Shown: piece after piece, positions 10,939-21,158 of the stretch
Numbering within the stretch: position 1 is the first letter of the stretch
How the letters are laid out: each line of letters opens with the position of its first letter
Assembly (NCBI GenBank): GCA_965248695.1
Contig: CBDFKD010000002.1
Coordinates: 4,800,001-4,864,000, forward strand
Source: Acidobacteriota bacterium
Lineage (GTDB): Bacteria; Acidobacteriota; UBA890; WLXD01
Direction of reading: 5' to 3'
DNA: 64,000 nucleotides
Made by a program: the position numbers and the translations under genes
Notes under the pieces: model-generated
What the model was told of the DNA's origin: nothing
The model's database searches: none
The model's input: only the letters and a program-made list of their open reading frames with translations

Positions 10939-11889
10939 ATGGCGCACGCACACCATCATCATCACGATCATTCCCACGGCGGCGGCCGGCAGCGGTCCGG
11001 CGAACGCCGTGGCCTCATGCTGGCGCTGGTTACCACCAGCGTCATCCTGGTGGCGGAGTTCGTCGGCGGCTGGCTGAGCAACAGTCTGGCACTTCTGGCA
11101 GATGCCGGGCATATGCTTTCCGACGCGCTGGCGCTGCTGCTCGCCTACCTTGCCGTCAGCCTGGCGTCACGGCCGGCGACTCGCAGCAAGACCTACGGCT
11201 GGTACCGACTCGAGATCCTCGCGGCGCTGGTCAACGGCGTGGTCCTGGTGTTGATCTCCGGGTTCATCGCCTGGGAGGCGTACGAGCGAATGATGGAGCC
11301 GCCGACGGTCGATGCGCCGCTGATGATGAGCGTCGCCGTGGTCGGGTTGATAGCGAACGGGCTCGGGCTGTTCTTTCTGTCGGGGCACACGCACAGCCTG
11401 AACCTGCGCAGCGCCTACCTGCATGTGCTCGGTGACCTGTTGTCGTCGGTTGCCGTCGTTGTCGGCGGCGTGGTGATGCTCTCAACCGGCGCCTATTGGG
11501 TGGATCCGGCACTGTCGGCGCTCATCGCCGCGGTCATCGTCATCGGCGCCTGGCGGATCCTGCGGGAGTCGGTCGACGTACTCCTCGAGGCCACCCCGGC
11601 GGGCATCGACTACCGGGAAGTGGAGGGTGCGATCGCGGCGCTCGACGGCGTGGAAGGCGTGCACGATCTGCACATCTGGAGCCTTACCTCGGGGGTGAAC
11701 GCGCTCTCTTGCCACGTTGAGGTAAAGCCCGAACGCCTGGTCGAGTGCGAGGGGGTTCTCGACGCGGTCCGTCTGGTCGCACGGGAGAGCTTCCAGATCG
11801 ACCACACGACGGTGCAGATCGAACCGGAGCACTACAAGAGCCGCCAGCCGATTCGGTGGCAGGTGTCCGAGGGCAGTCATGTCACCTGA
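10939..11889 (+). CDS. Cation diffusion facilitator (CzcD/ZitB-type Zn/Co/Cd efflux)
   Basis: His-rich N-terminus, SLALLADAGHMLSD, YLHVLGDLLSS, HDLHIWSLT and HTTVQIE. Confidence 0.93.
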   Translation: MAHAHHHHHDHSHGGGRQRSGERRGLMLALVTTSVILVAEFVGGWLSNSLALLADAGHMLSDALALLLAYLAVSLASRPATRSKTYGWYRLEILAALVNGVVLVLISGFIAWEAYERMMEPPTVDAPLMMSVAVVGLIANGLGLFFLSGHTHSLNLRSAYLHVLGDLLSSVAVVVGGVVMLSTGAYWVDPALSALIAAVIVIGAWRILRESVDVLLEATPAGIDYREVEGAIAALDGVEGVHDLHIWSLTSGVNALSCHVEVKPERLVECEGVLDAVRLVARESFQIDHTTVQIEPEHYKSRQPIRWQVSEGSHVT

Positions 11890-12685
11890 GCGCCTTGCGG
11901 CAGCGCAGATGGAGCGTTATCAAGCGCACCTGCAGCTTCCCGGCTTCAGCATCGCGGCCCAGCAACGCCTCATGGCGGCGCGCGCTCTGGTGGTCGGCGT
12001 TGGTGGCCTCGGCTGTCCCATAGCCCAGTACCTGGTGGCTGCCGGAGTCGGCACGGTGGGGCTGGTTGATGACGACACGATCGAGGCTTCCAACCTGCAA
12101 CGACAGGTGCTCTTCGACGAGGAGGATCAAGGTCGACGCAAGGTAGACGTGGCGGCAGCGCGCCTGCGGGCGCAGAACCCTGCCGTGAAGTTGCGCGAGC
12201 ATCCGATCCGCGTTACCGCCGCCAACGTACTGGCGCTGGTGGCGGAGTACGATCTGGTCCTGGACGGGAGCGATAACTTCGCCACTCGCTATGTCGTCAA
12301 CGACGCCTGTGTGCTGGCGCGTGTTCCACTGGTCACCGGCAGCCTGTATCGCTTCGAGGGTCAGGTCACGGTCATATCTCCACCGCTGACGCCCTGCTAC
12401 CGGTGCGTGTTCCGCCGCCCGCCGGTCGAACAACCACCGTGCCACGATGCCGGACTGCTGGGGGCGCTCGCGGGCATCATCGGCAGCATCCAGGCGGCAG
12501 AGGGTCTCAAGCTGCTCGCCTACGAGGTCACCACGCTCATGGGGCGCCTGTTGCTGGTGGATACGCAGCAGATGAGCTTTCGTTCCGTGCAACTGCGCCA
12601 GGACCCCGAGTGTCCGCTGTGCGGGCGGGCTCCAAGCATCGACCGACCCACGGCCGTTGCGGTGGGCGAGCCGGCGCGCAGCTGA
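11879..12685 (+). CDS. moeB: MoeB/ThiF-family adenylyltransferase (no rhodanese domain)
   Basis: GVGGLG, SNLQRQ, DGSDNFATRY, CYRC and CPLCG. Confidence 0.88.
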   Translation: MSPERLAAAQMERYQAHLQLPGFSIAAQQRLMAARALVVGVGGLGCPIAQYLVAAGVGTVGLVDDDTIEASNLQRQVLFDEEDQGRRKVDVAAARLRAQNPAVKLREHPIRVTAANVLALVAEYDLVLDGSDNFATRYVVNDACVLARVPLVTGSLYRFEGQVTVISPPLTPCYRCVFRRPPVEQPPCHDAGLLGALAGIIGSIQAAEGLKLLAYEVTTLMGRLLLVDTQQMSFRSVQLRQDPECPLCGRAPSIDRPTAVAVGEPARS

Positions 12686-12699
12686 GCCGGGGATCCTGC

Positions 12700-14178
12700 G
12701 TGAGTGGACCGCGGATCTGCGTCAGCCTGGCGGCGCCTGATCTCGCCGCCCTGATTGCCGGGTACGACGAGCTGGGCGACGCCGACCTTGTGGAGATCCG
12801 CCTCGATGCCCTGTCGCCGAGCGCCACTGCCATCGAGGTGGGTGAGGCGGTAGCGCGGGCGCCGGTCGAAGTGGTCGCGACGTGCCGCCGGTGTTCCGAT
12901 GGTGGTGCCTTTGAGGGTTCCGAGTCCGAGCGCCACGCCCTGCTCGATGCGGCGCTCCGTGCCGGAGCGGCATACGTCGACATCGAGCTCGACGCCGAGT
13001 GGGCGCCGGAGATGCTGGCCGGGGCGTCGGAGCACGTGGTGCTCTCGCACCACTGGGCGCGAGAGCGGCCCGACGATGTGGAGCAGCGCGTGGTCCGTAT
13101 CCTCGAGTTACGCCCCGAGGTGGCCAAGCTGGTCGCTCCGGCTCGGGTGCCGGATGACGCCTTGCCGTTGCTGGCGGCGGGTGACAGGTTGCGGGCTGCG
13201 GGCCTCGACTGCACTTGCTTCTGCATGGGCCCAGCCGGTGCCGGTAGCCGGCTGCTCGACCTGTCGCGTGGCGGCGTGTGGTCGTATGCGTCTGTTCCGA
13301 ACGCTGCTCCGACGGCGCCGGGACAATGGCCCGCGAGCATGTTGCGCCACCAGCTCGGCATCGGGCGCTGGCGTGCGGATCAGGCGCGCTACGCGGTGAT
13401 CGGCGATCCGATCACACACTCGTTGTCGCCGGTGGTCTTCAACGCGGCCTTCGAGCACGCCGCTCGCAAGGCCCTATACATGCCGCTGCCGGGAGATGAC
13501 TTCGCCGCTGTGGCGCAGACCGCCGCGGCAATGGAGCTCACCGGTCTGAGCGTCACCATGCCCTTCAAGCGCGAGGCCGCCGAGTTCGCCGACGTGCTCT
13601 CGGCGGACGCCGAGCGTATGGAGGCTGTGAATACGCTGGTGCGTCGCCACGGACGCTGGGAAGGGCACAACACCGACGGGGCGGCCCTGGTGCAAGCCCT
13701 GACCGCAGCAACGGCGCTAGAAGGCACGATCGTCGCCGTGCTGGGTGCCGGCGGTGCCGCCGCCGCCGCCACAGTCGCCCTGCAGCGAGCTGGGGCGCAC
13801 GTGAGCGTGCTGGGGCGCTCGCTCGATCGCGCCCGCGAGGTTGCAGCGGCGCTCGGTTGTGAGGCGGGGCATCTGGACGGGATCACCGAAGTGGGGGCCC
13901 AGGTCATCGTCAACGCGACCCCTGTGGGCATGGGTGGAACCGCTCATACGCCTATTCCGACCGCCGAGTTGCGAGGAGATGAGGTGGTGCTGGATATGGT
14001 CTATCGTCCGCCGGAGACAGAGTTATTGCGGCAGGCCCGGGGTCGCGGTTGCACGACGATCTCCGGGTTGGAGATGTTCCTCAGGCAGGCGGCGGCACAG
14101 CACGAGATATGGACCGGCGACCCGGCGCCGACCGAGCGCATGCGGGTAGCAGCGTTGACCGTGCTCGGCGTCGCCTGA
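12700..14178 (+). CDS. aroDE: Bifunctional type I 3-dehydroquinate dehydratase / shikimate dehydrogenase (AroD-AroE fusion)
   Basis: N-terminal half: VEIRLD, YVDIE, SHH, VAKL, APGQ. C-terminal half: HSLSP, SVTMPFK, AVNT, NTDG, GAGGAA, NATPVGM, DMVY, GLEM. Confidence 0.92.
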   Translation: MSGPRICVSLAAPDLAALIAGYDELGDADLVEIRLDALSPSATAIEVGEAVARAPVEVVATCRRCSDGGAFEGSESERHALLDAALRAGAAYVDIELDAEWAPEMLAGASEHVVLSHHWARERPDDVEQRVVRILELRPEVAKLVAPARVPDDALPLLAAGDRLRAAGLDCTCFCMGPAGAGSRLLDLSRGGVWSYASVPNAAPTAPGQWPASMLRHQLGIGRWRADQARYAVIGDPITHSLSPVVFNAAFEHAARKALYMPLPGDDFAAVAQTAAAMELTGLSVTMPFKREAAEFADVLSADAERMEAVNTLVRRHGRWEGHNTDGAALVQALTAATALEGTIVAVLGAGGAAAAATVALQRAGAHVSVLGRSLDRAREVAAALGCEAGHLDGITEVGAQVIVNATPVGMGGTAHTPIPTAELRGDEVVLDMVYRPPETELLRQARGRGCTTISGLEMFLRQAAAQHEIWTGDPAPTERMRVAALTVLGVA

Positions 14179-14190
14179 ACGGAGGTATCG

Positions 14191-14961
14191 ATGATGGACA
14201 CAATGGACTCGCCCGATATCCCGGACGCAGATGTTCCGCGTGGAGCGGTCGCGGTCTTCGGCCCGACGCTGAATGCCATCTTCGCCCCGACCAAAGCATT
14301 CGACGTGCTTGCCCGGCGCCCGGTGCTCGCGTGCTGGCCGATTCTCTGGGTGACCGTGCTGATGATGCTGCTCGGCGCCATGAACCTCGACATCACGCGC
14401 CAGATCATGCGCGTCGGGATGCTGGAGGGAATGGCGCAACAGGGGCAGCAGGTCGACGTCGAGCAGGCGCGCTCGATGATCGAGACGATGGACAAGTGGG
14501 CCCCTGCCTGGGCGGTCGGGTTCAACCTGTTCATTCTGATTGCGGTCGGCGTCTTCGCCGCGTTGATTTGGGTCGGTGCCAGCATCATGGGTGGCTCGAC
14601 CAGGTTTTCGCACAGCTTCGCGGTCGCTTCCGTTGGCGCCGTGATTCATCCGTTGCTGGCGACCGCCTTCGTCAGCCTCGTGTGGCGTCTGGATCCGCCG
14701 GAGATTCGCCGTATGGCCGATTTCGTGCAGTCGACCCCCTCACTCGGGCTCGGCCTTCTGTTTGGCAGTACCGAGCTATCGCCAGCGATGGCACAGGTGG
14801 TAGCTCGCTTCGACGTGTTCAACTTCTGGTGGATGGCGATCGTGGTCATCGGCGGCGAGAGGTTGCTGGGGCTGAAGCGCGGCGGAGCGTTGACCCTGGC
14901 GGTGGCGCTTTGGGCGATGTCAATAGGGCTGGTCGCCTTCTGGACCAGCCTGAGCTCCTGA
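14191..14961 (+). CDS. Yip1-like multi-pass membrane protein
   Basis: GGAGG RBS, IFAPTKAF..L motif and about 5 hydrophobic helices. Confidence 0.75.
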   Translation: MMDTMDSPDIPDADVPRGAVAVFGPTLNAIFAPTKAFDVLARRPVLACWPILWVTVLMMLLGAMNLDITRQIMRVGMLEGMAQQGQQVDVEQARSMIETMDKWAPAWAVGFNLFILIAVGVFAALIWVGASIMGGSTRFSHSFAVASVGAVIHPLLATAFVSLVWRLDPPEIRRMADFVQSTPSLGLGLLFGSTELSPAMAQVVARFDVFNFWWMAIVVIGGERLLGLKRGGALTLAVALWAMSIGLVAFWTSLSS

Positions 14962-15123
14962 AGTCCGGCGAGCAGGCGCTCACGGTGGTCTTGGTTCGAT
15001 CGTCGGGCGCCAATTGACCGCGAGCCGGCCGGGTTGCTAGGCTCCTCGGCACTGAGGCGAGACCATGTCCCCGGCGGCATCCACGCCGTCTCCGGGGTAC
15101 CAGCCACGTTGACGGAGAGCGCG

Positions 15124-15258
15124 ATGAGCGCTGAATTCGCCGATTTTACCCGCGCATCCTGTAGGGGCGCTCCGTCGAGCCTCGTCCACCACGCACCGCA
15201 CGCCTGGCGCGACGCCTATTGGTATTGGCGATATCAGCGGCCCGCCTGCGGCGCGTAG
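15124..15258 (+). CDS. trpL: Putative trp operon leader peptide (W/Y-rich)
   Basis: GGAGAG RBS. The 44-aa ORF ends ...HAWRDAYWYWRYQRPACGA and stops 76 bp before trpE. Start is uncertain. Confidence 0.6.
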   Translation: MSAEFADFTRASCRGAPSSLVHHAPHAWRDAYWYWRYQRPACGA

Positions 15259-15313
15259 TTCCCCCAACGGAAACGAACCGGAGGCTGGCCGTGAGGCTAC
15301 GGTCCTCGTATAT
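15238..15313 (+). promoter_or_regulatory. Putative attenuator (antiterminator/terminator pair)
   Basis: CGGCCCGCCT (15238-15247) pairs 9/10 with AGGCTGGCCG (15282-15291). This excludes the alternative hairpin GGCCGT-gaggct-ACGGTC (15287-15304), which is followed by CTCGTATAT. Confidence 0.55.
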
Positions 15314-15334
15314 CTGCGTCCGCGAGCGGAAGCC

Positions 15335-16888
15335 GTGCAACTGACGGCTTACCCCGACCTGGACGGTTTCGTCGCCGCTAGTGCCGGCGCGACGGTTGTG
15401 CCGGTGTGCGTGGAACGCATCGGCGATTTGCTGACACCGGTATCGGCGGCGCTACGGTTGGCCGGCCACGTGCGACGCCCGTTCCTGCTGGAGAGCGCCG
15501 AAGGTGGCGAGCACATCGGCCGCTACTCGTACCTGGGGGGCGACCCGTTCCTCGAGCTGGTCGGCGACGCGGAGGGGCTCGTTCTGCGGCCGGCTGATGG
15601 GCCGGAGCAGCGGCTGGACGGCGATCCGGTGGCCAATCTTGCGGCCATACAGGCTCGCTATCGAGGTGCCGAGATCGCCGGTGCGCCCCCGTTCTCGGGC
15701 GGCGGAGTGGGTTACCTCGGTTACGACGCCGTGCGCTGGGTCGAGCGTGTGCCACACGCGCGGCGTGGTGACGAGCTTCCGTGGCTGTATATGGGGTTCT
15801 ACGACACCCTCCTGGCGTTCGATCACCTCAAGCATCGAATCAAGCTGGTGGCCAACGCCCACGTCGTCGACCCGAACGATGCGAGTGCGCTGCGGTTGGC
15901 GTACGAGGATGCGGTCGAGCGCCTGGCTCGACTGGCCGCGCTGCTAGACACGGATGTGCCGGATTCTGCGCCGCTCGACGCGGTCGGCCCCGCGATGGCA
16001 CCGCCGTTGCGCACTACCGAGGAGCCATCGCGCGAGCGGTTCTGCGCTGGCGTCGAGCGCGCCCGTGAGTACATTCGGGCCGGCGACGTGTTCCAGGTGG
16101 TGCTGTCGCGCCGGCTCGAGTGCCGTACTGACGCGTCACCGTTGACGGTGTATCGGGCCCTGCGGGCCATCAACCCGTCGCCCTACATGTTCTGTCTCGA
16201 TACCGGCGCGGCGGCGATCGTCGGCTCGTCGCCCGAGATGCTGGTGCGGGTGGAGGACGGCGTGGTCGAGAACAGGCCGATCGCGGGCACCCGCCGGCGG
16301 GATGCGGATCCCGAGATTGACCTTCGTCTGGAGAAGGAGCTCCTGTCGGACGAGAAGGAGCTCGCCGAGCATCTGATGCTCGTGGATCTCGGGCGTAACG
16401 ACATCGGGCGAGTGGCGGAGTATGGCGCCGTCGAGGTGCCAGAGTTCATGCGCGTCGAGCGTTACTCGCACGTCATGCACATCGTCTCGTCGGTGCGCGG
16501 TGCGCTACGTGCCGGTGTTTCCCCTACGGAGGCACTGTTCGCCAGCTTCCCGGCCGGGACGGTGTCGGGGGCTCCCAAGATCCGCGCCATGGAGATCATC
16601 AACGAGCTCGAGGACCACGCCCGTGGTGTGTATGCCGGTGCGATCCTGTACAGCGACTTCGCCGGGAATCTCAACTCGTGCATCGCCATTCGCACGATCG
16701 TCATGCACGACGGGATCGCGCGAGTGCAGGCAGGGGCGGGGCTCGTAATCGACTCGCGTGCCGAACGCGAGCTGACGGAGACCGACGAGAAGGCGGCTGC
16801 TCCATTGCAGGCTCTCGCCTGGGCCGACGCGGCCACATTGGCGCAGGCCGAGCCACGGGCTCGCGCCGGGTCGGAGGTGGCCTCGTGA
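15335..16888 (+). CDS. trpE: Anthranilate synthase component I
   Basis: LLESAEGG..GRYS, GDVFQVVLS, NPSPYM, KELAEHLMLVDLGRND and PAGTVSGAPK. Confidence 0.97.
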   Translation: MQLTAYPDLDGFVAASAGATVVPVCVERIGDLLTPVSAALRLAGHVRRPFLLESAEGGEHIGRYSYLGGDPFLELVGDAEGLVLRPADGPEQRLDGDPVANLAAIQARYRGAEIAGAPPFSGGGVGYLGYDAVRWVERVPHARRGDELPWLYMGFYDTLLAFDHLKHRIKLVANAHVVDPNDASALRLAYEDAVERLARLAALLDTDVPDSAPLDAVGPAMAPPLRTTEEPSRERFCAGVERAREYIRAGDVFQVVLSRRLECRTDASPLTVYRALRAINPSPYMFCLDTGAAAIVGSSPEMLVRVEDGVVENRPIAGTRRRDADPEIDLRLEKELLSDEKELAEHLMLVDLGRNDIGRVAEYGAVEVPEFMRVERYSHVMHIVSSVRGALRAGVSPTEALFASFPAGTVSGAPKIRAMEIINELEDHARGVYAGAILYSDFAGNLNSCIAIRTIVMHDGIARVQAGAGLVIDSRAERELTETDEKAAAPLQALAWADAATLAQAEPRARAGSEVAS

Positions 16889-17511
16889 TTCTCGTGGTCG
16901 ACAACTACGACTCGTTTACCTACAACCTCGTGCAGGCGCTGGGGGCTTTGGGCGCGGATCTTCAGGTGCGACGCAACGACGACGTCAGCGTCGACTCCGT
17001 ACGCGCGATGGAGCCCGAGGCGGTGGTGCTGTCGCCCGGCCCCGGGCGTCCGGAAACCGCCGGTTGCTGCGTTGATCTGGTGCGCGAGATGGGCGACCAG
17101 ACGCCGCTGCTGGGCGTGTGTCTCGGACATCAGGCTCTGGGGATGGCGTTCGGTGCCGAGATCGAGCTGGCGCCGGAGGTCGTGCACGGCAAGACGACGC
17201 TGGTGGAACATGACGGCTCGCAGCTTTTCGAGGCACTGTCTTCGCCGCTGGAGGCAGCCAGATACCACTCGCTCGTGGTCTCGTCTCGCCGGCTTCCACC
17301 CGAGCTCGAGGTGACCGCGCGGGCTCCGAACGGGTTGATCATGGCCATGCGCCATCGCCGCCGGCCGCTGTTCGGCGTGCAGTTTCATCCCGAGTCGATC
17401 GCTACACCCGAGGGGCCGATGTTGCTGCAAAACTTCCTCACGTTGGCCTCAGGCGATCGGAACGATGTGGCCTCCGGCGATCGGAAAGAAACCGTGGAGT
17501 CGCCATCATGA
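16885..17511 (+). CDS. trpG: Anthranilate synthase component II (glutamine amidotransferase)
   Basis: DNYDSFTYNL, SPGPG, GVCLGHQ, RYHSL and QFHPES. Confidence 0.97.
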   Translation: MILVVDNYDSFTYNLVQALGALGADLQVRRNDDVSVDSVRAMEPEAVVLSPGPGRPETAGCCVDLVREMGDQTPLLGVCLGHQALGMAFGAEIELAPEVVHGKTTLVEHDGSQLFEALSSPLEAARYHSLVVSSRRLPPELEVTARAPNGLIMAMRHRRRPLFGVQFHPESIATPEGPMLLQNFLTLASGDRNDVASGDRKETVESPS

Positions 17512-18530
17512 TCAAGGGTTTCCTGGCCCGGGTCGTCAACGGCGAGAAACTGTCCCGCAGCGAGGCTCGCGAGGCGATGCAGATCGTCATGCGCGGCGAC
17601 GCCACTGCGGCGCAGATTGCCGGGTTCCTGGTTGCGCTCAGGGTGAGAGGTGAGACGGTAGATGAGATTGCCGGTTTCGCCGCTGCCATGCGTGCCGCCG
17701 CGAATCCGCTGGATCTGCAGGTGAGCGGACTAGTCGACACCTGTGGCACCGGCGGAGACGGCGCCAACACGTTCAACATCTCCACCGCCGCGGCACTGGT
17801 GGCGGCCGGCGCCGGGGTGCCGATCGCCAAACACGGCAATCGCGCCGTGTCGAGCGCCTGCGGTAGCGCCGATGTGCTCGAAGCTCTCGGGGTGACGCTC
17901 GTTGCCGACGAGGTCAGCCTGCGGCGCAGCCTCACCGAAGCAGGCCTGGCCTTCCTGTTTGCGCCCTCACAGCACCCGGCGATGAAGCATGCGGTCGGGC
18001 CGCGGCGCGAGCTCGGCATGCGAACGGTGTTCAATCTTCTCGGCCCGCTGACCAACCCTGCCGGGGCGCGGCGTCAGGTTGTCGGTGTCTACGACAGGAC
18101 GCTGGTGCAGCCGATGGCGGAGGTTCTCGGGGCTCTCGGGGCGGCCCACGCGATTGTGGTCCACGGCGCCGGCGGCATCGACGAGCTCTCGTTGCTCGGC
18201 CCAACCGAGGTGGCGGAGTGGGACGGCGAGCACGTTCGGACCTACTCGGTAACGCCTGAGGAGGTCGGATTGCGTGCCGCAGCGGCTGCGGATCTCGCCG
18301 GTGGCTCGGTGGCCGACAACGCCGAGATCGTCCGGGCCGTCCTGGAGGGGGAGCCCGGGCCGCGACGTGACATCGTGCTGCTCAACGCCGGCGCCGCCCT
18401 GCGCGTCGGAGGCGTCGCCCGGACCCTGGCCGAAGGGGTGGAAGCGGCCGCCGCGGCCATCGATACCGGGGCGGCAACAAACACGCTGGCCTTGCTGGTG
18501 GCCGCCACCAATCCCGAGGCGGCATCATGA
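17508..18530 (+). CDS. trpD: Anthranilate phosphoribosyltransferase
   Basis: DTCGTGGDG..TFNIST, KHGNR and FNLLGPLTNP. Confidence 0.97.
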   Translation: MIKGFLARVVNGEKLSRSEAREAMQIVMRGDATAAQIAGFLVALRVRGETVDEIAGFAAAMRAAANPLDLQVSGLVDTCGTGGDGANTFNISTAAALVAAGAGVPIAKHGNRAVSSACGSADVLEALGVTLVADEVSLRRSLTEAGLAFLFAPSQHPAMKHAVGPRRELGMRTVFNLLGPLTNPAGARRQVVGVYDRTLVQPMAEVLGALGAAHAIVVHGAGGIDELSLLGPTEVAEWDGEHVRTYSVTPEEVGLRAAAAADLAGGSVADNAEIVRAVLEGEPGPRRDIVLLNAGAALRVGGVARTLAEGVEAAAAAIDTGAATNTLALLVAATNPEAAS

Positions 18531-19321
18531 TCACGTTGGAGCGCCTCGTCGAGACTGCGCGAGATAAGGCGATCGCCGACCGGGCCACGACTCCACAGGC
18601 AGAGCTCCGCGCGAGGCTGCGCGATTGCGAGGCGCTGAGCCGGCCGGCGGGACGACTGCTGCGAGCGCTGAGCGGGCCCGGTGTGTCGGTGATCGCCGAG
18701 GTCAAGGGCGCTAGCCCGCTGTCGGGGCCCCTGCGCTCTTCCTTCGACCCGGTGGAGCTGGCGCAGAAGTATGTCGGCGCCGGTGCCGAAGCGATCTCGG
18801 TGCTCACCGAGGAGACGTTCTTCGCCGGCAGCTTGGAGCATCTGACCAACGTTGCGAGAGCGGTCGAGCTGCCGGTGCTGCGCAAGGATTTTATCGTCGA
18901 TGCCTATCAAATCGAGCAGGCGGCGGTCGCCGGGGCCTCGGCGGTGCTGTTGATTGCCGAGGCGTTGGAGCCGTTGCAGTTGCGTGACCTCGTCGCACAG
19001 GCGCATGAGCTGCGACTCGATGCGCTCGTCGAGCTGCACGGTCTGGATTTGCTCGACGCTGCGGTTGCCGCGGGGAGCGGCATCATCGGAATCAACAACC
19101 GTGACCTGCGCTCGATGCGTGTCGACTGGCGCCATTCGCTCCGTGTCGCCAAGCTCCTTCCTGCCGACACCGTGCGCGTCAGTGAGAGCGGTATCCAATC
19201 GGCCATCGAGGTCGAACAACTCGGAGCAGCGGGCTTCGATGCCGTTCTGGTGGGCACCAGCCTGGTGCGTGCCACGGATCCGGCTATAGCTCTCGAGCGT
19301 CTGCGGACGGGCGGACCCTGA
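18527..19321 (+). CDS. trpC: Indole-3-glycerol phosphate synthase
   Basis: IAEVK.ASP, ISVLTE, LRKDFI, GINNRDL and SESGI. Confidence 0.96.
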   Translation: MITLERLVETARDKAIADRATTPQAELRARLRDCEALSRPAGRLLRALSGPGVSVIAEVKGASPLSGPLRSSFDPVELAQKYVGAGAEAISVLTEETFFAGSLEHLTNVARAVELPVLRKDFIVDAYQIEQAAVAGASAVLLIAEALEPLQLRDLVAQAHELRLDALVELHGLDLLDAAVAAGSGIIGINNRDLRSMRVDWRHSLRVAKLLPADTVRVSESGIQSAIEVEQLGAAGFDAVLVGTSLVRATDPAIALERLRTGGP

Positions 19322-19950
19322 TGGCCCTGCGCTGGAAGGTCTGCGGAATCACCGAGGAAGTGGGTGCTCTGGCTGCCGTGGAGGCCGGCGCCGACGCCAT
19401 CGGCTTCGTGTTCTACCCGCCGAGCCCACGATCCGTGTCGGTCGACCGTGCCGCCGCTATCGCGGGGCTGCTGCCGGAAGAGACGTGGCGGTTCGCTGTG
19501 TTCGTCGATCCGGACCCCGCCGAGGTGGCCGCGGTAGTGGATGGAGTCGGCGTCGATTTCGTGCAGCTGTCCGGTGACGAAGCACCGGAGCTGTCCCGTT
19601 CTTTGCCGCGGCATGCGTTCAAGGCGTTGCGGCTGAAGCCGCAGACCTCGGCGGCTCAGGCCCAGCGGCTGGCGGATCGATACTCGGACTACTCGCTGCT
19701 GATCGATGCCGCCGTCGAAGGGTCGTATGGGGGCACCGGCGCGCTGGCGAACTGGTCCGCGGCGGCGGCGCTGGCGCAGCGGTATCGGATCATGCTTGCG
19801 GGCGGGTTGACGCCGCAAACCGTGGCGGCGGCGGTGCGAGAAGTCTCTCCCTGGGCGATCGACGTATCGTCGGGCGTGGAGTCATCTCCAGGAATCAAGG
19901 ATCCGCAACGGATTCGCGCCTTTGCGCGCGCGCTGGAGCCTTTTCGATGA
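19321..19950 (+). CDS. trpF: Phosphoribosylanthranilate isomerase
   Basis: KVCGIT, GFVF..SPR, GGTG, LAGGL and DVSSGVE. Confidence 0.96.
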   Translation: MALRWKVCGITEEVGALAAVEAGADAIGFVFYPPSPRSVSVDRAAAIAGLLPEETWRFAVFVDPDPAEVAAVVDGVGVDFVQLSGDEAPELSRSLPRHAFKALRLKPQTSAAQAQRLADRYSDYSLLIDAAVEGSYGGTGALANWSAAAALAQRYRIMLAGGLTPQTVAAAVREVSPWAIDVSSGVESSPGIKDPQRIRAFARALEPFR

Positions 19951-21158
19951 GCGAGACGTCGGCCCCACGCGGGCGTTTCGGGGAGTTCGGTGGGCAGTTC
20001 ATCCCGGAGACGCTGATGCCGGCCGTAATCGAGCTGGAGCAGGCGTACGAACAAGCGCGCGAGGATCGGGCTTTCCAGGCCGAGCTAGACGCGCTCCGGG
20101 GCGATTACTGCGGGCGTCCAACACCCCTCTATCAGGCCAAGCGTCTGTCGGCGGAGGTGGGCGGCGCGACGATCTGGCTGAAGCGTGAGGATCTGCTGCA
20201 CACCGGCGCGCACAAGATCAACAACACCGTCGGCCAAGCTCTGCTTGCCCGACGCATGGGCAAGAAGCGCGTGATCGCGGAGACCGGCGCCGGTCAGCAC
20301 GGAGTGGCCACGGCAACCGTGGCGGCGATGTTCGGCATGGACTGCGTCGTGTACATGGGGCAGGAGGACATCGAGCGTCAGGCGCTGAACGTCGTGCGCA
20401 TGGAATTGCTCGGTGCCTACGTCGTTCCGGTGACGTCGGGCAGCCGTACGCTCAAGGATGCTACCAACGAGGCGATCCGCGACTGGGTAACCAACGTCGA
20501 GACAACCTTCTACATCATCGGGTCGGTAGTCGGGCCCCACCCGTACCCGACGATGGTGCGCGACTTCCAGCGCGTCATCGGTGTCGAGGCCGCCGAGCAA
20601 CTACGTGACAACGGCGTCGAGGCACCCGACGTGCTCATGGCTTGTGTTGGCGGGGGTAGCAATGCAATCGGTCTGTTCCACCACTTCATTGATTCCGATG
20701 CTCGTCTGATCGGCGTCGAGGCGGCCGGGCACGGCATCGATAGCGGCCAGCATTCGGCGACGTTGTCGGCCGGAACGCCCGGCGTGCTCCACGGCGCGCG
20801 GTCGTTGCTGTTGCAGGACGACGACGGTCAGATACAGCTGGCGCACTCCATCTCAGCGGGGCTCGACTACCCGGGGGTTGGTCCGGAGCACGCCTGGCTG
20901 CAATCCAGTGGACGCGCCGAGTACGTCGCGATCGAGGACGAGCAGGCGCTCGCCGCATTCGATCGCGTTTGCCAGGTGGAAGGGATCATCCCGGCGCTCG
21001 AGTCGGCCCACGCTATCGCCCACTTGCTGGTCATGGCCGAGCGCGGCGATCTGAACCCGGAACAGCACATCGTCGTGTGCTTGTCGGGCCGGGGCGACAA
21101 GGACGTCGCGACGATTGCCGAGCATCGTAGTGAGCGGCGCGCGAGAACAGACCAGTGA
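19947..21158 (+). CDS. trpB: Tryptophan synthase beta chain
   Basis: [31 protein letters not shown] and [15 protein letters not shown]. Confidence 0.98.
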   Translation: MSETSAPRGRFGEFGGQFIPETLMPAVIELEQAYEQAREDRAFQAELDALRGDYCGRPTPLYQAKRLSAEVGGATIWLKREDLLHTGAHKINNTVGQALLARRMGKKRVIAETGAGQHGVATATVAAMFGMDCVVYMGQEDIERQALNVVRMELLGAYVVPVTSGSRTLKDATNEAIRDWVTNVETTFYIIGSVVGPHPYPTMVRDFQRVIGVEAAEQLRDNGVEAPDVLMACVGGGSNAIGLFHHFIDSDARLIGVEAAGHGIDSGQHSATLSAGTPGVLHGARSLLLQDDDGQIQLAHSISAGLDYPGVGPEHAWLQSSGRAEYVAIEDEQALAAFDRVCQVEGIIPALESAHAIAHLLVMAERGDLNPEQHIVVCLSGRGDKDVATIAEHRSERRARTDQ

